A stretch of 61,551 nucleotides of DNA, the filler included, from Nitrospinae bacterium RIFCSPLOWO2_12_FULL_45_22 (GTDB taxonomy: Bacteria; 2-12-FULL-45-22), in assembly GCA_001803565.1 (NCBI GenBank). It is 5 parts of 5 records of this genome, joined end to end, with 100 filler letters (N's around TTAATTAATTAA, not from the genome) between each part and the next. Parts side by side here need not be neighbours in the genome. Positions count along the whole stretch, not along the records: positions 1 to 9,568 come from MHDQ01000020.1; positions 9,669 to 23,938 come from MHDQ01000021.1; 3 more parts are not named here. One strand, given 5' to 3'. Positions 9,551-19,183 of the stretch are shown in pieces. A program made the translations under genes and the position numbers. A model generated the notes under the pieces. The model ran no database searches. It worked only from the letters and a program-made list of their open reading frames with translations, and was not told the origin of the DNA. How positions within the stretch are numbered: position 1 is the first letter of the stretch; each line of letters begins with the position of its first letter.

Positions 9551-9568
9551 ATTTCGGACATGTTCACG

Positions 9569-9668
9569 NNNNNNNNNNNNNNNNNNNNNNNNNNNNNNNN
9601 NNNNNNNNNNNNTTAATTAATTAANNNNNNNNNNNNNNNNNNNNNNNNNNNNNNNNNNNNNNNNNNNN
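9569..9668. other. Artificial contig linker (also 23939-24038, 33291-33390, 51538-51637)
   Basis: N-run + TTAATTAATTAA (stops in all six frames) + N-run. Confidence 0.97.
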
Positions 9669-9670
9669 TG

Positions 9671-11116
9671 GTAAGCCTTTGTCTCCTGAGCCGACTGATT
9701 TTTTTTGCTCCCTACCTGGAGGATTGGGATGGGGTAGATTTTGCCCTGGCCTTACGCCATTATGACCTGAGTACTTACCAACCCCATTTCCCTGGTTATC
9801 CTGTCTATATCGCCTTAGGACACCTGGTGTGCCAGTTCGTATCCTCTGAGCCTTCCGCCTTGATCCTGACCAATATCATTTTTAGTAGCTTGACTATACT
9901 CCCCCTTATGGCCTTAACCCAATTCATTTTTTCTGAAACGGTAGCTTTTATGGCCGGGCTGCTTTACCTGACCAATCCTTTCTGCTGGTTAGAGGCCGGG
10001 AAGGCATTAGCTGATCCGACTGGTTTATTCTTCATCTTCACTGCGCTATACTTCCTAACCCGGGCAGCGTGCGGAACTGGTAAATACCATTTGTTTGTCG
10101 GCGGATTGTTTCTAGGGTTGAGTTGGGGTGTACGGCTGGATTATTTCCCTTTTTTTGTGTCTCTGGTTTATGCTTCTTACCATACCAAGCAGGGCCATTC
10201 TTTTCGGGGATACAGCGGATTTTTTCTAGGAATTCTTTTCTGGCTCTTGCCTCAAATTAGTATTGGTGGGGAGAAGGAGTTCTGGATAGAGGCCAGGGCC
10301 TTTATTATGGGTCATTTCAATAGCTGGGGTGGTAGTATTTATTCGCAACCCAATCTGCCGGAGCGTGGGAAAGATTTCTTCTGGGGATACTATGCTAACG
10401 GTTTGGGAGGCTGGTGGCCTGATACCCCTGAGTACCGACTCTTAACTTCGGCAATCCTTTTTGGTAGTATGATATATTTTAGCTACTGGATATATAAAGG
10501 TTACTGGAGCAAAGATAAGAAGAAAAAAATTATTCCAATTAGTCTGATATCTTATTGTCTCTGGGTTTTCCTGGGACAGAACCTCGCTAATCCCCGGCAT
10601 GTCTTACCTGCTATATCTTTAACCTTCATCCTATTAGCCGGGGCATGGCAAAGATGCCGGACACAATTCAAAGGGAAAAAGTTAGCTCCTTTGCCTAGCT
10701 TCTGCTTAGTAGCGCTGATAGGGTTCTGGGCTCTAGAAGCCATAAGATTAAACCTAATCCATTATACCCAACCTCCTCCTCAACTCCAGGCGGTCCAATA
10801 TGTAAAGGATTGTTTTCCTGAACATTTTACCAGGATATACTGTCAGGAGACCAAGAGACTCTTTGATTATTATGCACCCTATTATCAGGTTAAGAGGGTA
10901 CGAAACTTTTCCCAATTGGAAAGAGACTTGCAGGGGGCTTATCCTCAAATGTCACCAGTTCTATTAGTCACATCCCGGAATGGAGAGGAGGTTGGTATTG
11001 GGAAGCTAAATCTACTGCAAGTATTCCAGAACAATAGATATATTTACTATCCCGGACATCATTGGTACCTATATAACGTGAGAATACCTCTGGAAAACAA
11101 AACTAAAGATCATTGA
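9671..11116 (+). CDS. GT-C type membrane glycosyltransferase (ArnT/PMT-like), 5'-truncated
   Basis: Frame is open from the contig start: EDWDGVDFALAL..YDL..QPHFPGYPVY, then many TM helices. Confidence 0.7.
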   Translation, partial: VSLCLLSRLIFFAPYLEDWDGVDFALALRHYDLSTYQPHFPGYPVYIALGHLVCQFVSSEPSALILTNIIFSSLTILPLMALTQFIFSETVAFMAGLLYLTNPFCWLEAGKALADPTGLFFIFTALYFLTRAACGTGKYHLFVGGLFLGLSWGVRLDYFPFFVSLVYASYHTKQGHSFRGYSGFFLGILFWLLPQISIGGEKEFWIEARAFIMGHFNSWGGSIYSQPNLPERGKDFFWGYYANGLGGWWPDTPEYRLLTSAILFGSMIYFSYWIYKGYWSKDKKKKIIPISLISYCLWVFLGQNLANPRHVLPAISLTFILLAGAWQRCRTQFKGKKLAPLPSFCLVALIGFWALEAIRLNLIHYTQPPPQLQAVQYVKDCFPEHFTRIYCQETKRLFDYYAPYYQVKRVRNFSQLERDLQGAYPQMSPVLLVTSRNGEEVGIGKLNLLQVFQNNRYIYYPGHHWYLYNVRIPLENKTKDH

Positions 11117-11250
11117 CTGTGGTTAATATACAAGTTACCATTGTTATCCCGAGAACTATCACGTTTGAGGTCCAGTGATATTTAGGAAAAGGTAATCGGG
11201 TTTTAGAAATTAGGCCCCTAAGATAGATCATTTAACAAGAGATCGGCTCT

Positions 11251-12747
11251 ATGAGTCATAACAAAGAATTTAAACTACTCGAGTATTTCTTTATTAGTAG
11301 CTTCATTACTATTGCTTCAGTTACCTTGCTCCTAACTATCCTGTTTACCCATGGAGTCAAAAGGGATTTCCTCAAGGAGGGCCAGGATTATGCGACTTTG
11401 ATCATAAAGAATTTATATAACCAAATCTATTATCGTTTCATACAACCGACAATGCAACAGAAAGGCTATATTGACCTTTCTGAAAAAAAACAACTGGACG
11501 ATTTGGATCAGGTTGTCAAACTTGCTATCAGCGGGCTAAAGATCAAAAACCTATATTTTTTTGACCTGGAGGGCAACATTATATACAGCACAAACCGGGA
11601 TCATATCGGGTTTAAAATAAAGGATAACCCTAACTATTTAGATGCTGTCCAGGGAAAGATATCTTCTATTTTTAAAAATCGAGGTGATCCCTTAGACATA
11701 TCCCAAAAACCAGAAAAGATTACCCTACTGGAAACCTACGTGCCAATAAAGAGTTGGGGTGCGCCAACAGGCAAAGAAAGTGGACCTATAATAGGTGTCA
11801 TGGAGACCTATCAGGATGCCACGGCCCTGGCTAAAGAAATAAGGGCTGCCCGGATAAGAATCTTTTCTATCTCTTCGCTGGGTATGACTCTTTTATTCCT
11901 GATTCTTTTTGTGATCGTAAAGAAAGCTGACCGGGTCATTCAAGGCAAGACCCGGGAACTGACCGCTACTAATAAAGAACTACAAGACCTTACCCAGGAG
12001 CTGGAAGAGAAAGTTAGCAAGAGGACAGAACAACTCATAGCCCAGGCAAAATTGGCCAGTTTAGGAACTCTGGCTGCCGGTATTGCCCACGAGCTTAACA
12101 GCCCCCTGGGCTCGATTGCCGCCTGTACGGAAGGGCTATTAAATATCCTGGCCGAAAATGGCCAGGTTAGCTCAGAATCTGATGGAGAGGTCCGGGAATA
12201 TCTTAATATTATTAATGGAGAGGCATTTCGCTGTAAGGCGATAATAAACAGCTTACTCAATTTTGCCCGCCAGGCCCCTCCTATGAGTCAGGAAGAAACA
12301 GAGATAAATGAACTGCTCCGATCTACCATCCGGCTATTCAAATATCGAGCCTTCGACGAAGATAAAGAGATCATATTAGAACCATTATCCCAGGAGATTT
12401 ATATCAAGGGTGATATCCATCTGCTTAAGCAGATAATCTTCAACCTCACAGAGAATGCTTTAGATGCTGTCGGCCTCCACGGACGAATAAAATGGTCCAC
12501 TATAGATTTAGGCCATGCTGTAAGGCTGCTTTGTGAGGATAACGGATATGGCCTTAACAAGGAAGAGTTAGACAAGGTTTGGGACCCATTCTTTACTACT
12601 AAACCAGCAGGGAAGGGAACAGGATTAGGTTTGTCCCTCTCTTACAGTGCAGTAAAAAGGCATCAAGGAGATATAGAGATCCAGAGCGAGGGGAGAGATA
12701 AAGGGGCCAGGGTAATTATCACCCTGCCTAAAAATCCCCAAGAATAA
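11251..12747 (+). CDS. Membrane sensor histidine kinase (NtrB-like)
   Basis: 2 TMs; AHELNSPL H-box; NALDA, DNGYG, FFTTK, GTGLGL boxes. Confidence 0.93.
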   Translation: MSHNKEFKLLEYFFISSFITIASVTLLLTILFTHGVKRDFLKEGQDYATLIIKNLYNQIYYRFIQPTMQQKGYIDLSEKKQLDDLDQVVKLAISGLKIKNLYFFDLEGNIIYSTNRDHIGFKIKDNPNYLDAVQGKISSIFKNRGDPLDISQKPEKITLLETYVPIKSWGAPTGKESGPIIGVMETYQDATALAKEIRAARIRIFSISSLGMTLLFLILFVIVKKADRVIQGKTRELTATNKELQDLTQELEEKVSKRTEQLIAQAKLASLGTLAAGIAHELNSPLGSIAACTEGLLNILAENGQVSSESDGEVREYLNIINGEAFRCKAIINSLLNFARQAPPMSQEETEINELLRSTIRLFKYRAFDEDKEIILEPLSQEIYIKGDIHLLKQIIFNLTENALDAVGLHGRIKWSTIDLGHAVRLLCEDNGYGLNKEELDKVWDPFFTTKPAGKGTGLGLSLSYSAVKRHQGDIEIQSEGRDKGARVIITLPKNPQE

Positions 12748-12756
12748 AAATAAAAA

Positions 12757-12958
12757 GTAAATGTTTAGCCAAAATAAGATGGAACACAAAATTAAAAGGG
12801 TTCCAGTGGCCAAGGGGTCAAGGATTCTAGAACCCTTGAATCCTCGAATCCTTTTTTGCATTGGTGTCATTCGTCCATTCGTGTCACCTGTCTGCCGTGC
12901 TGGCGGCACAGGCAGGTTCGTGGTTAAGCCCGATGAGTTTTATTTGGCTAAACTATAG
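12757..12958. mobile_element. Degenerate GTAA-end MITE-like element with nested palindromes
   Basis: GTAAATGTTTAGCCAAAATAA / TTATTTGGCTAAAC ends; internal 8-bp-period arms (GAACCCTT GAATCCTC GAATCCTT) and CCTGTCTGCCG...CAGGCAGG hairpin. Confidence 0.6.
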
Positions 12959-12969
12959 TAATAGCACGA

Positions 12970-14124
12970 TCATTTTAGCTTCTTCAGGATTTCAGACGCA
13001 ATGGTATTTTTTTGTACTTCTCTGGTCCCCTCGTAGATTTCAGTAACGCGAGCATCTCGATAGAAGCGTTCTACCTCGTATTCTGATATGTAACCATACC
13101 CTCCATGAATTTGGATCGCCTCTTCTGCCACCTCTACCGCTATCCTTGCAGCATACATCTTGGCCATAGAAGTAAGTTTTGGATCAATCCGCCCCTGGTC
13201 AAAGTTCCAGGCCGCTTTATAGGTGAGTAAACGTGCCGCTTCTAGCTTAGTAGCCATATCGGCCAGTTTGTGTTGAGTAACCTGGAAATCAGCGATCTTT
13301 CGGCCAAATTGCTCCCGCTGCATGCTATACGCTAAAGCACGGTCAAAGGCCCCTTGGGCTATCCCTAATGCCTGGGCTGAGATCTCTATCCGGCTTTCAT
13401 CAAAGAACTCCAGGGTTTGATAGAAACCACGGTTTTCTTGCCCAATGATATTACTTATTGGTACCCGGACATCATCAAAGGATAATTGAGCCGTACGGGT
13501 CATCCTTATACCCATCTTGCCTTCTATTTCTGTGGCGCTAAAACCTTCTCTATTGGATTCTACCAGGACAATGCTCAACCCCCGGTAGCTCGGGGTAGCA
13601 TTGGGGTCAGTCCGGCAAAGTACAATAGCAAAGTCGGCAATAGTCCCATTGGAGATAAAGGTTTTACTACCATTAATCAGATATTCATTGCTTACTCTCC
13701 GGGCAGTAGTTGACATGGCAGTAATATCGCTCCCATGATCAGGCTCAGTGAAGGCACCGGAGGAAACAGCTATCCCCTTGGCTACCATAGGGAGCCACTT
13801 CTCCTTTTGTTCTTGGATGCCAAAACGCAGGATGATCTCCGAAGCAAATTTAGTAATAAACATACAGGTCCCAAGCCCAGAATCGGCCCGACAGAACTCC
13901 TCTACAATCAAGGCATTTTCCAGGATGCCTAAACCCTGGCCGCCATAAGCCTTATCAAAATGTACCCCAATAAAACCCAGATCTCCCGCCTTCTTTATCA
14001 AATCGGCAGGCCACTCCCGGCTAGCATCATACTCTAAGGCTATCCGTTTATCGAATTCCTTTTTGCCAAACTCCCTGGCCGCATTCTGAATATCCCTCTG
14101 TTCCTCATTGAGCTCAAAGTTCAT
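12970..14124 (-). CDS. Acyl-CoA dehydrogenase
   Basis: FTEPDHGSD, GSKTFISNG, IYEGTREVQ. Confidence 0.95.
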   Translation of the reverse strand: MNFELNEEQRDIQNAAREFGKKEFDKRIALEYDASREWPADLIKKAGDLGFIGVHFDKAYGGQGLGILENALIVEEFCRADSGLGTCMFITKFASEIILRFGIQEQKEKWLPMVAKGIAVSSGAFTEPDHGSDITAMSTTARRVSNEYLINGSKTFISNGTIADFAIVLCRTDPNATPSYRGLSIVLVESNREGFSATEIEGKMGIRMTRTAQLSFDDVRVPISNIIGQENRGFYQTLEFFDESRIEISAQALGIAQGAFDRALAYSMQREQFGRKIADFQVTQHKLADMATKLEAARLLTYKAAWNFDQGRIDPKLTSMAKMYAARIAVEVAEEAIQIHGGYGYISEYEVERFYRDARVTEIYEGTREVQKNTIASEILKKLK

Positions 14125-14152
14125 TGTTTTCCTCCTCCCATTAACATTCCAT

Positions 14153-14348
14153 CAAATCATTCAGCCTACAGTCAGCTTTCAGCTAAATCAATAGTGAGGC
14201 ATAAGGAGTAAGTGGGTAAGGGGTAAGAAAAATTTCTCCTCATGCCTTACCCCTGAGGCCTTACGATAAGTTTTACTGACCGCTGACAACTGACGGCTGA
14301 ACGCTTACCAAAATTTAAACCCTTTTCCTGAACCCGGTTAACTGTTAC
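14153..14348. repeat. Nested palindromic element with GTAA-type right ends
   Basis: TCAGC.. / ..GCTGA 7-bp arms ending CTGAACGCTTAC (14297-14308); inner GTGAGG/CCTTAC heptamers; second end TTTTCCTGAACCC..AACTGTTAC resembling 6980-7019. Confidence 0.6.
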
Positions 14349-14421
14349 AACTAATTGCTTCATTCTTTGCGTCTTTACAATTATAAATAATGCTTGATAA
14401 AAATTAAACCTACATAGTTCG

Positions 14422-14484
14422 GGATAAACATTTTAAGGATAAATATTCTTTTTTGTTGACAATAATAATTATTTATCCTATTAT
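14422..14484 (+). promoter_or_regulatory. Sigma70 promoter with GGATAAA repeats
   Basis: TTGACA(14456)-17-TATTAT; GGATAAA at 14422 and 14437, inverted TTTATCC at 14472. Confidence 0.55.
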
Positions 14485-14513
14485 CGGTTATCAGGCCAAA
14501 GAAGGGAGTAGAA

Positions 14514-14822
14514 ATGGATAAAGAGAAGCTGAAGTTATTAAAAGAAGTCCATTCCCGAGAAGAATTCTTAACATTACCCTTAGAGGCTGCAAAGCTCTAC
14601 CTTGTATTACTCATTACATCTGAAGGGCCTGAAAAAGAAGGGAAGATATCCTTCAAGACCATTAAAAAGGCCCTGGGGCATCACTTCCAGGTAAATCGCC
14701 TGGAGAAGGCCCTCTCTGCTTTATCTGATCGGGGATTGATCCAACTCCAACACCCCTTCTCGAAAATATCTACTGATCATCTTTCCCCTGACCTCCAGCT
14801 CTATTATAAGATAATAAGATAA
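14514..14822 (+). CDS. Hypothetical protein, probable winged-HTH DNA-binding
   Basis: KLYLVLL...ISFKTIKKALG...LEKALSALSDRGLIQ pattern; RBS GGGAG. Confidence 0.55.
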   Translation: MDKEKLKLLKEVHSREEFLTLPLEAAKLYLVLLITSEGPEKEGKISFKTIKKALGHHFQVNRLEKALSALSDRGLIQLQHPFSKISTDHLSPDLQLYYKIIR

Positions 14823-14875
14823 AAGACCTTCCTTTGCCTACCAGGTAGTGATAAACTTTCTCTTCAATATGGATA

Positions 14876-14988
14876 TTCACCACAAAGATCACAGGGGGCG
14901 CAGGGCATACATAGTGAGGGGTGAGGAGTAAGGGGTGAGGAGTGAGGGAGTTATCGCCTTACGGCTTTTTGTGTGCTCGGCGGTGAAA
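14876..14988. repeat. Nested palindrome with heptamer array
   Basis: TTCACC.. / ..GGTGAA ends enclosing GTGAGGG GTGAGGA GTAAGGG GTGAGGA GTGAGGG. Confidence 0.6.
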
Positions 14989-15022
14989 TGAAAGATCCTG
15001 TTTTCAGGACAAAGAAAAGACA

Positions 15023-16075
15023 TTGAATATACCAGAAGAGTTGTTAGGAAGGGTATTAGAGGGTAAGAAGCCTTGCCCGGAGCTCCCCTTCACTATTACC
15101 CCTTTAGCGGGTGATGCCTCAGACCGACAATATTTCCGAATAAATTGGGAGAGGCCAGGACCCCAATCTATAGTCCTCATGAAACTGGCCCAGAGGCCCA
15201 GTCCACCCGAACTCCCTTTTATCCAGATACAGGAACATCTCTGCGCTATAGGAGTACCAGTGCCGGAGCTCTATAGTTACTCACCCGAGCTCGGGATAGT
15301 GCTATTAGAAGACCTGGGGGGGATTACCCTCGAGAACAAGGTCAAGGATAGTTTGATGAGTGAGGAAGAGATAAAGGCCCTCTATCTTGAGGCGATAGAT
15401 ATCCTTTTGCAGATGCAGATCCAGGGTAGCCGTCCGGGGCGAGATAATTGTCCGGCCTTCCAGTTGGAATTTGATGTAGCTAAATTCATGTATGAATTGA
15501 ATTTCTTCAGGCAATATATGATCGAGGGTTTCCTAAACAAGAGGATAGCCCGGCAGGATCAGGCTATTCTGGAGGAGGAATTTTCCCGGCTCTGTCAGAT
15601 ATTGGCCCAAGAAAAGAAATATTTCACCCACCGGGATTACCATAGCCGGAACATCATGGTGCGGGAACAAGGATTGTGGGTGCTCGATTTTCAGGATGCC
15701 CGTCTGGGCCTCTGCCAATATGATCTGGCCTCGCTGTTGCGGGACTCTTATGTGACCCTGCCTGAGGGGCTAGTGGAGGAATTGCTGGAATATTACCTGG
15801 TAACTAAAGAGATTTTAAAAGGGCAAAAGATAACAGCCAGGACGGAATTTAGGCGGCTTTTTGACTTTACGGCAGTGCAGAGAAACTTGAAGGCTCTCGG
15901 TACCTTTGCCTTCCAGAAAGTGGAAAAAGGGAAAGATACTTACCTTCCTTATATTGCGCCAACCTTAGCGTATGTCTGGCAAAACCTGGATAAATACCCT
16001 TTTTTTAATACCCTAAAGAAAGTCCTCAAAAAGTACCTTGATAGCCCAGGAATTTCCCAACCGCAAAGGCGCTAA
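15023..16075 (+). CDS. Aminoglycoside-phosphotransferase family kinase (AmgK-like anomeric MurNAc/GlcNAc kinase)
   Basis: GDASDRQYFR, LLEDLG, HRDYHSRN, LDFQDA, QRNLKALGTF. Confidence 0.85.
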   Translation: MNIPEELLGRVLEGKKPCPELPFTITPLAGDASDRQYFRINWERPGPQSIVLMKLAQRPSPPELPFIQIQEHLCAIGVPVPELYSYSPELGIVLLEDLGGITLENKVKDSLMSEEEIKALYLEAIDILLQMQIQGSRPGRDNCPAFQLEFDVAKFMYELNFFRQYMIEGFLNKRIARQDQAILEEEFSRLCQILAQEKKYFTHRDYHSRNIMVREQGLWVLDFQDARLGLCQYDLASLLRDSYVTLPEGLVEELLEYYLVTKEILKGQKITARTEFRRLFDFTAVQRNLKALGTFAFQKVEKGKDTYLPYIAPTLAYVWQNLDKYPFFNTLKKVLKKYLDSPGISQPQRR

Positions 16076-16158
16076 GATTGCAAAGATTTCATAAGAAGAG
16101 GATTCGAGAATTATTTGCTATCTGAAGGTATCTAAGAGAATCTGTGTCCTAATTGGTT

Positions 16159-17436
16159 TTATCTGGTTTCTAGCACATTAAAGTAGTTTCTGATCTGACC
16201 CTTTATCTGTTCTTCAGACATGATCTTGGGGTCGCAGGCATCAATATCTACAATGACTGAAGATATACCTGCCTTTTCCATGATGGCATCGGTTACTATT
16301 CGATTGAAGCCACAGGTCTGCTTGCAACCAAAATGGGCAAAAAATACTGATGAGTCGCACTGGAACTCTGCAGCCATCTTACCCAGGTCGTCGGCAAAGA
16401 TATAAGAAGGGCCACCTAATCGGGCCAGGCAGGGATACACACTCAGGATTTTTCGGGCATAGGTTTCCAAAGGGTTGCTGGATATCTCATCAATATTACC
16501 AATAACACCTACCAGGGCATTAAAAAAATCAACTACGGCTACGGCACCAAACTCCTCCTCCATCCAATCCAGTATCTTCATATTCCAGAAGGGGTATACA
16601 CCGCTCATGACCACCCGGTGCCTCTCTTCTGGAACTACCCCTATCCCGGCTTCCATATTTTCTTTGCATTCTTCATATTGGGCCCGCATAAAATCTACTA
16701 CTATCGGGAGCCCCTCGCTGCACATCCGGATACCAAAATTGGCAAAGGCATCCTTGGCCCCCATAACCGTTGGGATAGCCCCACGCAGGGCTTGGGTCTT
16801 AATAAAATAGTCCTGGATAATGATATCCCGTTCCAGAAATTCTCTCAGTTTGGCCTCACTATATTTAGCGCCAGTATGTTTCTCGATAAAAAGGATCATC
16901 TCTTCCAACCCCGCTACGAGGTGTTTCATAGCTTCCTCGTCCTCGCGGAAGGGTAGATTAAGCCAAAACGAGGGGCAATGGTAAATGTGTTCTATATTCT
17001 CGGCCATGATAGCCGAGGAGTCGCATGGTATCTGGCCGGTATAGAGCAACAGGTCTGGTCTAGGGAAGATATCCTCTAAGGCCAGACCAATACAGGCCTT
17101 ATGAGGGGAGCAGGCCTCTTTACTGAAGCCAAACCCCTCCCCGATATCCATAAACTCATAGCCTAAGCCAAAAGAGAGCATCTGAATAGTGTATTGCTCA
17201 AAGGCAAAGACCGGAATATCCATAGATAAGAGGATTTCAGGTGGGAAGAGGATGCTTATCATGGCCAGGGGCCGGCCCTCTTCTTTGGCCCTCAAGGCAT
17301 TTCTTAAATAGTCAACCATAGCTTGAGAGAAGATAATCTTACTCTGTTCCTTGCCATACTTTATCTGCTTCTCTAATCTCCCTTCAAACAAGTCTAGCGC
17401 AGATTCTAGCCGCAGTTTATCTCCTAATTTAGGCAT
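16159..17436 (-). CDS. 2-hydroxyacyl-CoA dehydratase subunit family
   Basis: ACSPHK, PCDSS, HFGCKQ, IDACD motifs. Confidence 0.87.
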   Translation of the reverse strand: MPKLGDKLRLESALDLFEGRLEKQIKYGKEQSKIIFSQAMVDYLRNALRAKEEGRPLAMISILFPPEILLSMDIPVFAFEQYTIQMLSFGLGYEFMDIGEGFGFSKEACSPHKACIGLALEDIFPRPDLLLYTGQIPCDSSAIMAENIEHIYHCPSFWLNLPFREDEEAMKHLVAGLEEMILFIEKHTGAKYSEAKLREFLERDIIIQDYFIKTQALRGAIPTVMGAKDAFANFGIRMCSEGLPIVVDFMRAQYEECKENMEAGIGVVPEERHRVVMSGVYPFWNMKILDWMEEEFGAVAVVDFFNALVGVIGNIDEISSNPLETYARKILSVYPCLARLGGPSYIFADDLGKMAAEFQCDSSVFFAHFGCKQTCGFNRIVTDAIMEKAGISSVIVDIDACDPKIMSEEQIKGQIRNYFNVLETR

Positions 17437-17438
17437 CT

Positions 17439-18584
17439 CTAACGACCTCCTTTAACACCCAGGATATGATCAGCTATTATTATCCGCTGAATCTGGCTGG
17501 TACCTTCGAATATCTGAGTAAGTTTAGCATCCCGCATCATCCTCTCTACAGGATGGTCCTTCATATAGCCATATCCACCCAGGATTTGCACAGCATCAGT
17601 AGTTACCCGCATAGCCATATCAGAACAGTAACACTTGGCCATAGAGGCATAAAACCGGGCATCCTTTTCTTTTCTATCCACTTTCTTTGCGGCCGTATAG
17701 ATAAGACCTTTACCGGCATTAATCTTCATAGCCATATCGGCCAGCATAAACCTGATGGCCTGAAATTCTGCTATAGGACGTCCGAACTGATACCGCTCGC
17801 GGGCATAGTTAGCCGCATATTCCATAGCCCCCGCTGCTATTCCTAAGGCCATAGTCCCTACAAAGACCCTTAGGGCCTCAAAGGCCTGCATAACTATAAT
17901 AAACCCTTCTCCCTCAGGGCCTACCCGATTTCCCTGGGGAATCTTCACATCTTCAAAGATAAGCTCTGCCGTGGGGTAGCCTTTAAAACCCATCTTCTTT
18001 TCGATCTTCCCTACCGAGAACCCGGGGGTATCTTTTTCTAAGATAAAGGCCGAGATACCTTTGGCGCCCTTTTCCGGGCTGGTAATAGCCCAGACAAAGT
18101 ATATATCTGCGATATTGCCATTACTAATAAAGCATTTCCGGCCATTCAAAATATAATGGTCTCTATCCAGGACTGCCCTGGATTTAATCGAGGCAGCATC
18201 AGAGCCGGCTTCAGTCTCTGTTAAGGCCAGGGCCACTACCTTGCCCTCAGCAATTTGGGGGAGATACTTTTTCCGCTGGGTCTCATTACCATGGGCAAGG
18301 AAGAGAGGGCCACTCCCTTGAATGGCTATCAAGGCAGAAACGGCGGCAGATGCCTTAGCTATCTCCTCTATGACCAGGGTAGTGGTCAATGCATCGCTGC
18401 CGCCCCCGCCCCATTCTTCGGGGATTAATAAAGTAACCAATCCCTGCTTGTGAAGAAGACGGAATATATCCCAGGGAAACTCATCCTTTTCATCAATCTC
18501 AGCCGCTCTAGGGGCTATCTGCTCTTCCACTAGCCTTTTCACGGTCTTTAGCAAAAGCTGTTGTTCCTCAGTAAGCTCTATCAT
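17439..18584 (-). CDS. Acyl-CoA dehydrogenase (butyryl-CoA DH-like)
   Basis: [19 protein letters not shown]. Confidence 0.95.
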   Translation of the reverse strand: MIELTEEQQLLLKTVKRLVEEQIAPRAAEIDEKDEFPWDIFRLLHKQGLVTLLIPEEWGGGGSDALTTTLVIEEIAKASAAVSALIAIQGSGPLFLAHGNETQRKKYLPQIAEGKVVALALTETEAGSDAASIKSRAVLDRDHYILNGRKCFISNGNIADIYFVWAITSPEKGAKGISAFILEKDTPGFSVGKIEKKMGFKGYPTAELIFEDVKIPQGNRVGPEGEGFIIVMQAFEALRVFVGTMALGIAAGAMEYAANYARERYQFGRPIAEFQAIRFMLADMAMKINAGKGLIYTAAKKVDRKEKDARFYASMAKCYCSDMAMRVTTDAVQILGGYGYMKDHPVERMMRDAKLTQIFEGTSQIQRIIIADHILGVKGGR

Positions 18585-18811
18585 TGTCTTATCCCCTCGT
18601 GATCGCTTCCTAACCGTTCACCCATTTATCCCCTCGAGATCCAGTGAACGGTTGCATCGCTTCTAATCTATAAAACCCATCCTTTTTAACTCTATCATAT
18701 AGATTTTTCACCATATTCTACCAATTGTTAGATAAGCCGTCAACTAAATTCCCTCATTATTGCAAAGCAGGGCTAATTTCTCTATAATTAAAAATTTGAT
18801 GGGCAGGATGA

Positions 18812-19164
18812 TATAGCTTACATTCGAGAGGTTTTGATTCTCAATTCGTAACTGGTTTAGCCAAAATTAGGATTTTAACCACGGATGAACACAGATAGAC
18901 GTAGATTAGGCCACCAAGACACTAAGTCACTAAAGAAACGTAAAACGCAAAGCTAAAAGTGCAAAGCTGAGGAATAATTACCTTAATTTTACACTTTGTA
19001 TTTTAAGCTTTGAGTTTCTTGGTGTCTTTGAGCCTTAGTGGCAAGGAAAGGTTAGCTAGGTGATCCGTGTTCATCTGTGTCTATCCGTGACAAATCTTCG
19101 GGATACTTTATTTGGCTAAACTGTTGCTTCAACTATAATAAAAACCTCTTGAATGTCAGTTATA
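18812..19164. mobile_element. Five-layer nested inverted-repeat element
   Basis: Concentric IR pairs 18812-18835/19141-19164, 18848-18865/19111-19127, 18880-18900/19069-19089, 18910-18939/19014-19042, ~18947-18966/18994-19012. Confidence 0.8.
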
Positions 19165-19183
19165 GTTACAAGGATAAGTGTAG

